Below are positions 38,100 through 50,900 of a DNA stretch of 64,000 nt, in pieces. The position numbers and the translations under genes were made by a program. This DNA is from Octopus bimaculoides (lineage: Eukaryota). The number at the start of each line of letters is the position of its first letter. The stretch's first letter is position 1. The notes under the pieces are model-generated. The model was not told the origin of the DNA and did not search any database. It saw only the letters and a list, made by a program, of their open reading frames with translations. The stretch is from positions 28,349,818-28,413,817 of the forward strand of contig NC_069002.1 in NCBI RefSeq assembly GCF_001194135.2, in the 5' to 3' direction.

Positions 38100-38490
38100 G
38101 GCGCAGGAGTGGCTGTGTGGTAAATAGCTTGCTTACCAACCACATGGTTCCGGGTTCAGTCCCACTGCGTGGCACCTTGGGCAAGTGTCTTCTACTATAG
38201 CCTCAGGCCGACCAAAGCCTTGTGAGTGGATTTGGTAGACGGAAACGGAAAGAAGCCCGTCGTATATATATATATGTGTGTGTGTGTGTGTATGTTTGTA
38301 TTTGTCCCCCCAACATCGCTTGACAACCGATGGTGGTGTGTTTACGTCCTCGTAACTTGGCGGTTCGGCAAAAGAGACCGATAGAATAAGTACTCGGCTT
38401 CCAAAGAATAAGTCCTGGGGTCAATTTGTCGACTAAAAGGCGGTGCCCCAGCATGGCCACAGTCAAAATGACTGAAACAAGTAAAAGAGT
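38100..38490 (+). mobile_element. SINE family A, full-length reference copy (tRNA-like head, CORE-like segment, internal TA/TG microsatellite, 3' half)
   Basis: GGCGCAGGAGTGGCTGTGTGGTAA (A-box-like), GGTTCAGTCCC (B-box-like), CACCTTGGGCAAGTGTCTT, internal (TA)n(TG)n, tail GACTGAAACAAGTAAAAGAG. About 20 full or partial copies in the window. Confidence 0.9.
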
Positions 38491-38689
38491 ATTCATTTTC
38501 CGTAGAATTTAGTTCTTAAAAGTGATGTGCAATACATTGGTTGTACTTCTGCAGACAAAATGTTTTAACAATTTTTATATAACTCCTATTAATATTTAAT
38601 AATATCTAATTATAAAAATTCCTACTAGACTATGTTTAAAGAGACTAATGTAATATGTGCCATTGTTTCTAAGAGGTAACTAAAGAGAC

Positions 38690-38960
38690 TTGTCAGCACA
38701 CGCCGTGGTCCCGGCGGACATAATGGGAAAAGGTGTTGCTCCGAGAGACGGCAAAGGCTGGGACTGACTTACAAGGGTCGTACTTGCTTGCGGATAGCCA
38801 TCTTCGCCCCGATAACAGTGAGGGTTTTCACTACTACAGGCCCTACCACGCATCTGTCAGAGAGCGGTTGGTACTTCGATATTCGCCCTCCTCAGTTCGA
38901 TGTGCAGCAAAGCCTGGACTGCCCGCCAAACAACCGGACATTTTAAATGTTGAAAGGTAA
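38690..38960 (-). mobile_element. L1/Tx1-like ORF2 C-terminal remnant
   Basis: GC-rich island; minus strand CPVVWRAVQALL... then (frameshift) LTVIGAKMAIRKQ, resembling the post-CCHC 'CP....W...' and 'AK.AIW..R' motifs. Confidence 0.4.
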
Positions 38961-39499
38961 TGGGGGCCCACCAGAGTAAAATAATAATTAAATAGATCCA
39001 AAGATAAAAAATGGTGAAGCACTGGATTAAGAACATTTACGCATGTCATTCTTCAGATCTTTTCTTTCCAGAGCAAAACCTGTTGAATAGATTTCCTTTA
39101 TGTTATAGTATTTTTTTATTTTTTTATGTGGTTTGTTTTTGTGACTATTTTTTTTTTCGATAAAGGAATTGGTTTTATTGAATATTTTAAAAGAATGCAC
39201 TAGTAATGCAGGCGTTCACTGTAGTGTAGTGTTTGATGTACCGAACATGTATTTCGGAATTGTGTGATGTATACAGTAGAATCAGATCTAAGAAAGAGAA
39301 AGAGGGGGTAACTTAAGAAAACGGACATATCAAAAGACAACACATACATGCTATTAAGTAGTTGGTGTAAGCAAAAACAAAGGGAAAAAAAACGTAAACT
39401 GAATGAAGAAATCGATTTACATATATATATATATATATANNNNNNNNNNCACACACACACACACATATACATATACATAAATATATATACATGTATATG

Positions 39500-39660
39500 T
39501 ATACATGTAAGTAAGCATACAGGTGCACGATAAGGTGGAAAAAGTAGTTCTCAAATAACAAATACTGAGTGAAATACTATTTTATTGAAGCTGAAAGAAA
39601 AACAAACAAACAAACAAACAGGAAAACCGTTTCACGTTGAACGGTCACCTGAAATTCTGA
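39500..39660 (-). mobile_element. Diverged relative of the 23213-23367 element
   Basis: aaggtggaaaaagtagttctcaaata matches the reverse complement of the 23213 element tail (aaggtggaaaaaagagtactcaaata). The minus strand also reads CAGGTGA-CCG-TTCAA-CGT-GAAAC-G-GTT, a decayed core. Confidence 0.45.
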
Positions 39661-40120
39661 GTAAAAGCTTCTAAAGGTTTTTAATAAAATGGTATATATC
39701 TTTTAAGAAAATAGTGTGTGTATATACATACATACACTATATATACATACAAATCCCAAAAATGGAACAAGAAGGCAACAGACAAGAATAATGCATCCGG
39801 ACAGATAGACAATAAAAAGACGGACAGGAAATAACAAGGACGGGTCATTCGCAGCAATCTCTCATCAATCATGTATCCTGACAATCATAACAGTTTCGGC
39901 CGGTTATACTTGCCATATATAATGCACAGTATATGGATTCAATTATTCCGCTGGTACTCATACAAAAAAAAGCTCCTTAATGCATCATTAATACATAGAA
40001 TATATAATACGATTCAAGAGAAAACCATAATTATTTCTGCATGTTTTAAGTAGCGAAACAATTGTTGTAATATAAATTTTATCATAATATATTTCTCTAG
40101 TTATTTATAACTATTTATAA

Positions 40121-40153
<33 letters not shown>

Positions 40154-41352
40154 TTATACCGACACGCACACACATACACCCACACTTTTATTCTATTATT
40201 TCATCATCATTTAGTTCAATAAGTAGGCACTGAATGGTCAAAAAGTTCACAACTTCGAGGTAACAGGTTCGACTCCACTGCATGGCGTCGTTGCCAATGC
40301 TATTTTCTATAGTTTCGGCTCAGTGCTTAACTTGTGAGTAGAATTAAGGGGATCAAAACTGTAAAGAACCCCACCCACCCACGGGGAGTTTAGACCTGTA
40401 ATTCAAAAAGTGAAGCCGTTTCATTTGCTGTCACATTGATTTTATTTTTTGAGAATTAGATGAAGAGTACATGAACATGCGGAACATTCAGCCACTTACA
40501 CGTTAAATCGGGAGCAGATAAACCACACAGCCGCTCCTGCGCCATTTTACAACATATATTGTCATAATTTACTCGCTAATATGTATATTGCGTTTCTTCA
40601 ACATGTCCTCTTTTGTCGGAAGATATGCTGTGAGTTAAGGGAGATTTGGTTACTATTTCTAGATGGTTGTGTGGATATAGATGCACTTCTTTATGGTAGT
40701 ATGATGGTAAGTAATGGTTAACGAAAACATCTTAGAATGTTTTCGTAAAAATCAAGAAAACCAGTAATATTGAGTGTTCTTCCGCCTCCAAGATGTATCA
40801 TTTGTGAAGAAACGCCATCAAATAGGCGAAGATATGGCTGTGGTTTGCCGCAGGAAAATTCACGTCAGTATTTTTGGCCAGAGGAAAGTTTGCTGCAAGA
40901 CAAAAGATGAATTTCTAGCCTTGGTATATAGATGTTTCAACCAATAAGAATTGGTAAAGTAATTTCTTGACTCATTAAAGATTTCTTTATTCATTCGACA
41001 ATATTTTTTTGCGTAGCAAAAATGTTTGCGGGAATTTTAAATGAGTTAAGAAATTACTTTACCCCTTCTTGTTGGTTGAAGCAATTATATACCAAGGGGA
41101 GAAATTCATCTTTTGTCTTGCGGCTCGCTTTCCAACCACATGGTTTTCGAGTTCAGTCGAGCCCAGCACTTTTGGTATGTGTCTTTTGTAATAGCCCTGC
41201 ACTAACCAATGCCATGTGATTTGACGGAAACTGTGTAGAAGCTCGTCGCGTGTCTGCGGAGTGCTCAGTCACTTGCACGTTAATTTCACAAGCAGACTGT
41301 TTCGTTGAAGTGATCAACTGGAGCCCTCGTCGCCGTAACCGACGGAGTGCCA

Positions 41353-41410
<58 letters not shown>

Positions 41411-41671
41411 CTTGTTTCCCCACGACCGATGTGGGTTTGTTTATGTCCCCCGCAACGTAGCGGCTCGGAATAACAGATTGACAGAATAAGTACAAGGATT
41501 GAAAAAAAAAAAAAAAACCCCAAAAAAAACATGCAATAAGTTCTGAGATCGATTACCCATTCTAAGCGGTGCCCTAGCATGGCCAGAATCCAGGGACTGA
41601 AACAAGTAGATGATAAATACATCATATCGATCCTATATCTATAACATAGAGTACGTATATCCATAATGCAG

Positions 41672-41985
41672 CTGTACTCTATCTATCTATCTTTATCTAT
41701 CTATCTATCTGTCTATCTATCTATCTATCTATTTATCTATATCTATTTATCTATATATCTATCTATCTATCTATTTATCTATATCTATTTATCTATATAT
41801 CTATCTATCTATTTATCTATATCTATTTATCTATATATCTATCTATCTATTTATCTATATCTATTTATCTATATACCTATCTATCTATCTATCTATCTAT
41901 CTATTTATCTATATATCTATCTAACTATCTATCTCCATCTATCTTTCTCCATCTATCTACCTATCTGTTTATCTATCTATCTCAA
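41672..41985. repeat. Compound (TATC)n microsatellite
   Basis: Direct reading; source of the 142-aa YLSI pseudo-ORF. Confidence 0.95.
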
Positions 41986-42439
41986 TGAAGCGTCGGAAGG
42001 TTTTAACTGTATGTTGTTCATACGTAAGAAAAATGTATTTTTGTATCCTTATCTTGAGAGGAGTGTGTTATCTGCGACTACTTTATGTTATTGAATATGA
42101 TTAGGGTTACTGAACCCCTATTGAAAGATCTTTTCATTGAAGTTATCCTCATCGGCTGCGAGGTGCTGAAGTGATTGCGAAAGCTTTGATGGTGTCACGA
42201 ACAGCGACGTTTACTTTCAATGAAGTTCGTAAAAGTGAATGGTCTTTCATTCACAGAAAACCTAATTCTAGAGGGAAAGATATGTGATCGTTTCCATTAC
42301 CTTTGAGGTGCAGCAAGCATTGAATAATGAAGCCCTTTAAAGAGGTTATTGTGTTCATACATGAAATAGCAGTGACTACCTTCAGAGCTGTTTATGCGTG
42401 AATGTTTATTTGTGCATTCTTACGCAACACACATAGAAA

Positions 42440-42476
<37 letters not shown>

Positions 42477-43092
42477 GCACACACATACATACATACAGGT
42501 ATACAGTCAATGAATCCCTAACGGTGTATAGAATTAAACATTTTATATTGGTAGAATCAATCGCGCGTTGGGAAATGTTATGTAGTATTGTTTTCGGATA
42601 TTTATGTTCTGAGTTCAAATTCCACTCCGGCCAGTTTTGCTTTTTTTCATCTTTCTGGGGTCGATAAAATAAAGTACCAATCAAGTACTGGAGTTGATGG
42701 TATTAATTAACCTCCATCCGTTTGAATTGTTTGCATTATGCCTAAACAAAAAAAAAAACATTATTATGCTCCATAAAATCGTTGGAGCGTCGAACAAAAT
42801 GCCTTGTATTTTTTCTGGTATAGAATTAAACTGTGTTATTTAATACCTTCGTCGACGCAGAGACAAAATGTATAGATGTGTGTGTGTGTATGTATATAGT
42901 ATTATGTGTGCAGGAATGTCTGTATTTGGCTTGTCACCGTGTGAGAGCAGCGGTCTTGATATCAACATCCCATGTTGACATTTTGACCGGTGACTCTGCG
43001 CTTGTGAAAACCAATGAAATTTAAAACCTCGAAAATCAAAAGTTAGCGACAGAATAAGCATCCGGTCTTTGTTTTTATTGACAAAATAATGA

Positions 43093-43093
<1 letters not shown>

Positions 43094-43167
<74 letters not shown>

Positions 43168-43182
43168 NNNNNNNNNNCTCTT

Positions 43183-43238
<56 letters not shown>
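43094..43238. repeat. (TC)n microsatellite
   Basis: Direct reading. Confidence 0.95.
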
Positions 43239-43240
<2 letters not shown>

Positions 43241-44196
43241 CTTTCTTTTCTTTTCTTACTGTTTGAAAACCTTGAAATATAAAACAAAATTTTCGCTGAA
43301 TTCTGATAAATTAGTTGAATCCTTAATCACCTACTGCTTGCCTCCATATTATTGCCTACATAAATGGTAGGTATTTTTACCCTTCTAGAGTAAGCAATTA
43401 AGCCCTTCAGTGCGAATTTTATGTTTTCCCAAATACTGTTCTGTCGTGTTTTCGGCCAAATAGTAATGAAGATCATTTTTGTGCGGTTAAGAAACCCACT
43501 TTGCAACTACGTGGTTTCAGTTTTGTCTCACTTGGACAAGTGTCTTCTACTCTTGGCTGACCAATGCCTTGTGAGTGAATTTGGTAGACGGAAACTGAAT
43601 GGAAGCCCATTTTACACACACACACACACAAACACACCATTTAATATAAACAATTGCAAGGCAGTGAGCTGGCAGAATCGTTAGCACGCCGGACAAACTG
43701 CTTAGCGTTGCTTCGTCCGTCTTTACGTTCCGAGTTCAAATGCTGCCGAGATCGACCTTGCCTCTCATCCTTTCGGGGTCGATAAAATATGTACCAGTTG
43801 AGTACTGCGGTTGATGTAATCAATTAACTCTGTCCTTCAAAATTGCTGGCATTGTCCCCAAATTTGAAATCCAATATAGACAATTACAAAGTTATTAATA
43901 GTTTCATGCTTTAAGGTACACTTTGGTACCCTATATAGAGTGTATATAACATGCCATATATCTTTAAAGAATCGTTCAGGCTCAGTCCATGACGTTAGAT
44001 GTATTGAAGAAAAAATCAGGATGCTGGTCTATGAGAAAAAGAAAAGAAACACAAGGAAGGTTAATGCAAAAAAAAAAAGAAAAAAAGGAACGAGAAAGAA
44101 AGAAAAGTAGAAACCATAATTTATATAGATGGTGCAGAATACACACACACCTATATACACAAATGCACAAACAAATATACACACACACACACACAC

Positions 44197-44227
<31 letters not shown>

Positions 44228-46839
44228 NNNNNNNNNNNNNNNNNNNNNNNNNNNNNNNNNNNNNNNNNNNNNNNNNNNNNNNNNNNNNNNNNNNNNNNNN
44301 NNNNNNNNNNNNNNNNNNNNNNNNNNNNNNNNNNNNNNNNNNNNNNNNNNNNNNNNNNNNNNNNNNNNNNNNNNNNNNNNNNNNNNNNNNNNNNNNNNNN
44401 NNNNNNNNNNNNNNNNNNNNNNNNNNNNNNNNNNNNNNNNNNNNNNNNNNNNNNNNNNNNNNNNNNNNNNNNNNNNNNNNNNNNNNNNNNNNNNNNNNNN
44501 NNNNNNNNNNNNNNNNNNNNNNNNNNNNNNNNNNNNNNNNNNNNNNNNNNNNNNNNNNNNNNNNNNNNNNNNNNNNNNNNNNNNNNNNNNNNNNNNNNNN
44601 NNNNNNNNNNNNNNNNNNNNNNNNNNNNNNNNNNNNNNNNNNNNNNNNNNNNNNNNNNNNTAATGGTAATTCGCTTTTAATTTTAGAGATTCTTTTGAGA
44701 ATGAAAAAGATTTAGAGTAAAACCAAAATACAAAAGACAGTTATTGATTTTCATTTTAGTTATTTATTTATTTTATTTTAGGAAACATTCAGTTGGTTGT
44801 GTACCGAACAAAGTTGAACTTTGGTAAAACGTATAGATGAAAACGTTACAAATTATCGTGTTCTCTTTCATTAAAAAGTCATTTGACCAAGTGCGGCCTT
44901 CAATAGGTTTTTAGTTGTAAGCTTTAAAAAAAATGGTCTAAAATCGATCAAAAACTTAAATGAAAAGTACAAAAAAAAAAAAAAAAAGAAAATTGCAAGA
45001 ATGATTTGGCGTCCTTAACCAATGTTGAAACAGTTGTTGGTTCCTTTATTTCTTGTATTAATTTTCTTAAAGTCATTTAGAAATCATGCTTTATGCTGTC
45101 CATTTGTGACGGTCTGACTCTAATATGATGAACATGGAGGAATGGTAAGCTGACATTTCCATGGAACAACAGTTGCTTTAATTACAAGCAACATTTCACT
45201 GTGTTTGGATTTTTACCATACGTATGTTGGTTCGAAACCTCACCTCATTGATTGTGTCTTTTTCTCCTGGCGAGAAAAATAAAAATAAAACAGAAAACGA
45301 TACAATTAGCGACGGAAACAGTATTAATAAAAGGCAATCTTTAAAATGCAACATAACATGAATGCTTTCTTAGAACGCCGAAAACGGTCGTTTACCTTGA
45401 GAGATCCTCTCATATAGACATAGTCGTGATTTTGTATGATCTGGCAGTTCCGGCGACAATGCCAGTCGAATCTCGTTTGCTACGATATATATCTCTATTG
45501 GTGTCAAATGAAATCATACAGCTGTCTTACGTTAAATTAATAATGTCTAGTTTGACATAAATATTTCCTTTCCATAAAGTGTATTTCAATTTGAACTTCA
45601 CTCTCAAAACTTAAAAGATGAAAATATAATTGGGAATATTAATATCTGATACAAATGGATTTTGATGTAACTTTAATGCGGTTGGTACTTTCATGAAATT
45701 ATTTTTTGTTTTTTCATTGTACATGATACACATTAAACTCGTTATCATCCTTTGCGTTTGTTCATTATTCCACGCAACTTTTTGCTATTGACGCCACCAA
45801 AACGAACAATATCATCGTTAAAGGCGTGAAATTGTTATGATTTTTGGACAATAACTGAAGAGGAAAGAGCATGTCCACATCTTGTGTGTGAATTTTCCGT
45901 TTGTTCCTTTCTCGTCCTTCGGTGCCATCTTTTGAATCTTATATAAGGAGTAACTGTAGAGCTTCCCGAACATAATCTGTTTTGCATATGCAAGTTTATA
46001 GTTTTTATACCTTAAACCCATCCTATTCTTTAGTTTTCTTCCTTTCCTTAACATTCTCCTATTTAATAAAAGACACCATTGAAAACATTTTGCTACAATA
46101 TCATTTTCCATGTTATCGTCAACGAGCTCTATGCACAATGCCAACATTTTCTTATGCGACACCATTTCTTTCTTTTTCTTTTTTTTTTCACCACCTCTTT
46201 TAGAATTCTTTTAGAAAACTGGAGTTGCTTTCATTCTGAAACATAAAATGTACATAGAACCTTTCTTTAAAATGCATAAATTCTTATAATGAGGAAATGT
46301 TCAAAATAGAACAAGACAATATTACAAAGAAAAAAAAAAAGAAAAAACGATTGTAAGAAAACGATAACATAAAAGTTATTTTTTTTATAACATGACTCAT
46401 TAGATATTGTAAAATGAGAGGCCTTCATAAAGTATGAATTGGTGGTTAAAGTGAGACACACGTTTGTGAATGTATTTCAAATTTCTTCTATAAAATAGAC
46501 AATAATACATTCATTATTTGTGAACTTTTTATCATCTTTACATTATTATTATTGTTGTTGTTGTTATTATTGCACTTTCGCAAATAGACAGTATTTCCTA
46601 ACAACTATTGCACTAAATAGAAATGTTGTACAATTATTAATTGTTGACGGAAACAAATGTTGTGATCTAAAAGAACTGCTCCGATTGCCAATTCCATATT
46701 CTTTGTAGTGATTTCGATGTCCTTTTCTTTTGTAACGTTTTTTTTTTACTTACAGTTCTACACCACATAACTCATAATGATATTGATAAAACCTACAAAG
46801 AAAAATACCCCCCACCATACTTGCTCTATATAATGTACT

Positions 46840-46883
<44 letters not shown>

Positions 46884-47144
46884 GTGTGTGCATATTTAAA
46901 CGGGTGTGTGTGCATAAATACATGCACATACAGACGTGTGTGTATGTATATGTATGTATATATATATATTTGGTAATGCAAACAGGAAAAATAGAACTCA
47001 AAATATGAGTATATGTATATTTTTATTAATATTTAGCAGATGCAACAGAGTGACTCAAGTTCTGAGTGTTTCGTGCGTCGACTTGATAAGTGCGAAGTGC
47101 CAACGTAAGAAACACTTCATCCTTGTATCGTTCTGTTGTTTCTG

Positions 47145-47213
<69 letters not shown>

Positions 47214-47279
47214 AAATAAAATGAGACAACAAAACCAAAGGTGTGTAGAATTTATAGGACATTTATAAAGAGACTGGTA

Positions 47280-47327
47280 GTCTTACAGCTGTTTCTGGGA
47301 TATTAGGGATATGCCTTCAGCAGAGAC
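47280..47327 (-). ncRNA. Minimal type I hammerhead ribozyme fold (A6C variant) in a 343 bp element (47211-47553) between two (TA)n tracts
   Basis: The minus strand reads GTCT-CTGCTGA-AGGCATAT(CCCTA)ATATCCCA-GAAAC(AGCT)GTA-AGAC: 4-bp stem I, 8-position stem II with 2 mismatches, and a palindromic AGCT loop on helix III as in Penelope-associated minimal hammerheads. Confidence 0.65.
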
Positions 47328-47574
47328 AATACGAGAGAGTTACTAGAGGGAAATAGTAGAACTCAGTATAAGGAGTTATTTTGGAAGAGAATGGATATAG
47401 GAAGTATACAAGGAAATAAGAGAATAAAAATATATGTAGGATGTTACAGTTGCAGTTCCATTATCCAAGGAAGGTGGTGTGGAGAACGGGTAGATATGCT
47501 TCTTGTCCATGGTATGTAGATTCAGGTAGTTCATATTTTGTTATTACTAGTGGATATATATATATATATATATC

Positions 47575-47953
47575 GTGGCACTCCGTCGGTTGCGACGACG
47601 ATGGTTCCAGTTAATCCGATCAACGGAACAGCCTGCTCGTGAAATTAACGTGCAAGTGGCTGAGCACTCCACAGACACGTGTATTCTTAACGTAGTTCTC
47701 GGAGATATTCAGTGTGACACAGCGTGACAAGGCTGACCCTTTGAATTACAGGCACAACAGAAAAAGGAAGTAAGAGTGAGAGAAAGTTGTGGTGAAAGAG
47801 TACAGCAGGGTTCGCCATCATCCCCTGCTGGAACCTCGTGGAGCTTTAGGTGTTTTCGCTCAATAAACACTCACAACGACCAGTTTGGGAATCGAAACTG
47901 CGGTCCTATGACCGCGAATCCGCTGCCCTAACCACTGGGCCATTGCGCCTCCA
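47575..47953 (-). mobile_element. SINE family B copy
   Basis: gtggcactccgtcgg...ccactgggccattgcgcctcca is the reverse complement of family B. Confidence 0.92.
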
Positions 47954-50900
47954 CACCATTTGATGATTTAGGGACTTGTTCATCTGTAAGTAACTGCAAA
48001 AAACAAAACAAAAAAAAAGAATAGTAAAATTCAGACAACCCGCAAGCTTGTGATGTGAAACGAGAACACAACAAATTTCTATACATCATGACCATCCTCT
48101 TACAAAAACAGCATTGTTGTACAGGTATAGTTTCCTCACCGACTGCAACAATATTAAAGTGAACAAGCTTTTTTTTTTCAAATGGAATTGAACGAGCTTT
48201 TGTAAAATGAAATTGAACGGAGTTTTATAGAATGAAATTATTATATAAAAAAGAATGGTATAAATTCTGTCATCTGCAGACCTATAAAAGAAATCGATAG
48301 AATCCATTTGTCACTAAATAAGAGAAAGGAATAAAAATATAGAGAAACCCGAGCATTATAGATTCTAACTAGCAAGCACTTTTACCATGAAGAGTAGCAG
48401 ACTGGAGTGGGAAAATTCTGCTTTAAAATATTATATTAAAGATTAGATATGGATCCAGGACGAGCATTTGGTTTCTGCGAAAATGTAAAACTAAACAATT
48501 TTTTTTCTTCTGTTTCTTTCTGTGTATTTCGTTAAATTTTGTTTTTCGGCGACATTTTGCCCATTTACTTGCAAATAGAATTAAATAAAAATTGTTTTTT
48601 TTCTTTTCTCTAGAACCCCCCCCCCCCAAGCTGTCATGTAACACTTTGTGCCTGAAACTTAGTTTTAAAGAAATATATATTTAATAGAATTATAAATCAC
48701 AAAAAGAACTTTTAAAAATGTTCACCAAGTCGCATTTACAGATTAAATAACGTGTGTGTATATGTGTGTAAATATGTATATGAGTGTTTGTGTGTATGTA
48801 ACTATGCGTGTATATACGTTTCTCTCTCACACACAGATGCATATATATATATATATATATATATATAAGATTGATCTCGCTCATCTTACTGTAATGGCTT
48901 AGGATGTTGGACTTACTTTCCGATAAAAAAGATTAGTGAAACATGAAGCGGAAATACAGAAGGAGAAAATTGTGTGTGAGAGAGAGAGGGGGAGGGAGAA
49001 GAACAAAGTCTAGTTTGAAAGAATTATAACAAGGAAGCAGTTTAGTGATAATTGCCGGAAGTGGATCTAAGACACTTTACGTTTTCTGTCATAGGTTTTA
49101 GAGGAGTTCATGTTTGAGCAAGGACATAAGAACAATGAAGACACTTTTCTGTAACAGTTTCGATTAAACTAACACCATCCCTCCCCCATACAATCATTTC
49201 ATTATAAAGTAATTGTGAGGTGGTGAAAAACAAAATTGAAGAATTTGCTGGTGAAATGCCTTGCGTTATTTATTTCAAGACCACGCTGATGTTTGGAAAA
49301 GGTTTGTCTTTCATCTATTTGGAATCAATGGAGTAAACTACCAGGCCAGAACGGTGGCTGAGTGGAATTGACATAGCGATGGAAGGGTGGATTTCTTGTG
49401 ATATTTATCCCGGTTCTTTGTATTGTGAGTTCAAATCTCGCCATGTACTTATTTCTTCATTTGATTTCACAACGCCATCTGGTATTTCGGGTGGCTTCGG
49501 CCGAGAAAAGCATTCGGTTTAGACTTCCGGTTTAAGACTACCTTCCACTCTCCCAACAGTTCTGGGAGCCATGTAAAGGGTGACGGGCCCAGCCTATCGC
49601 TCCTGATCCTTAGGCCAGTTCCGGCCTCTCACACCTAACCTGCAATGTATTGCTAAAAATTTACAACCGCATCATCGAAATCTCGAAGCTATGAGGTAAC
49701 GCATTATTACTTAAAACAATGTGAATAAATAAGCATTACATTTGACAAAGTAATCTGAATGCTGAAGGGTTGTAACAAAAAAATAGCAACAACAAACAAA
49801 CAAATGTAAGAAAGAAACACTTTATAGTTATTAGCTCTATTTTTTTTTAAAATTTCAAATCCAGTCAACGAGTGAAGCAGTCCCGGCAATACACTGTAAC
49901 CACAAATCAATTTCGACTGTGACACGCATGGTTAAGTTTATGAATTTATCTTTTGATTGTTTTTTCATTAGCCTGCGGCGATGCCGGAGCATCACTTTGA
50001 AGAATGTTAGCCGAACGAATCGAACCCACGATTCATTATATTTTTGTAAAGCCGGGTACTTATTCTGTCGGTTTCTTTTGCCGAAGTTAGCGGTTCGGCA
50101 AAAAGAGATTGTGGTTGTCCCCCATCAACGCTTCACAACCAACACCGGTTGTCAAATGGTAATGGACACACACACATACACACACACACACAAATTTGAA
50201 TCTGGCGTGAATTGAACTCGGAACATAATGTGCTGGAACAGATGCCGCTACGCATTTTGTCCGACGCACTAACAATTGAACCTATCTATTAGACAAGTAC
50301 TTTATTTTCTCGATCCCGGAGAGATGAAAAGTACAGTTGACCGTGGCGAAATTTGAACTCACAACGTAAAAATCCGAAAGAAGTGTCGCTAAGCGTTTTG
50401 TCCGACGCTGTAACGATTCTGCCCCACTGCATCTCATATAGACACAAGGCCTGAACATTTGTGGGGAGGGGCTTAGTTTATAACACTAGTTTTGGTATTT
50501 GACTGGTACTTTGTTTTACCGACCCCGGATTTGAACTCGGAACATAAGGTATCGAGACATCAAGTAGCGTTGTCAAATCAAGTGACGAAATAAGTACTGC
50601 CCAATTAAACCATGACGAGATTTGAACTCACAATGCCAAGAATCATAAAAAAATATTGCTAGCTCTGTCAATTCCACTCGTCCACCGTTCTGGCCTGGTA
50701 CATCGATCCCAACGCATTTTGTCCCATACTCTATCGATTCTACTGGTCTGCTACCATTTTGAATGAGTCACGCTGAGACTAATATAATATGGTCTTTATA
50801 CAGCATCTTCGTGAGGTCTTGCATCATATCCAAGACAGACACAGCTTCAGTTTCTCTGTCTTTTAGTTCTGCATCATATCTAAAAATAACGAATGGTTTC

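Noticed and set aside
38455-38490. SINE A tail hairpin CAGTC-AAAAT-GACTG followed by AAACAAGTA
   Set aside because: It mimics GAAAC..GUA but no CUGANGA precedes it in any copy.
39885-40070. Two hammerhead-like halves: minus-strand GGCC-GAAAC-TGTT near 39890 and plus-strand GAAAC-AATT-GTT near 40055
   Set aside because: No recognisable CUGANGA at the right distance; possible relics but not supportable.
45818-46165. 115-aa minus-strand ORF
   Set aside because: AT-rich, no recognisable domain, no convincing splice signals.
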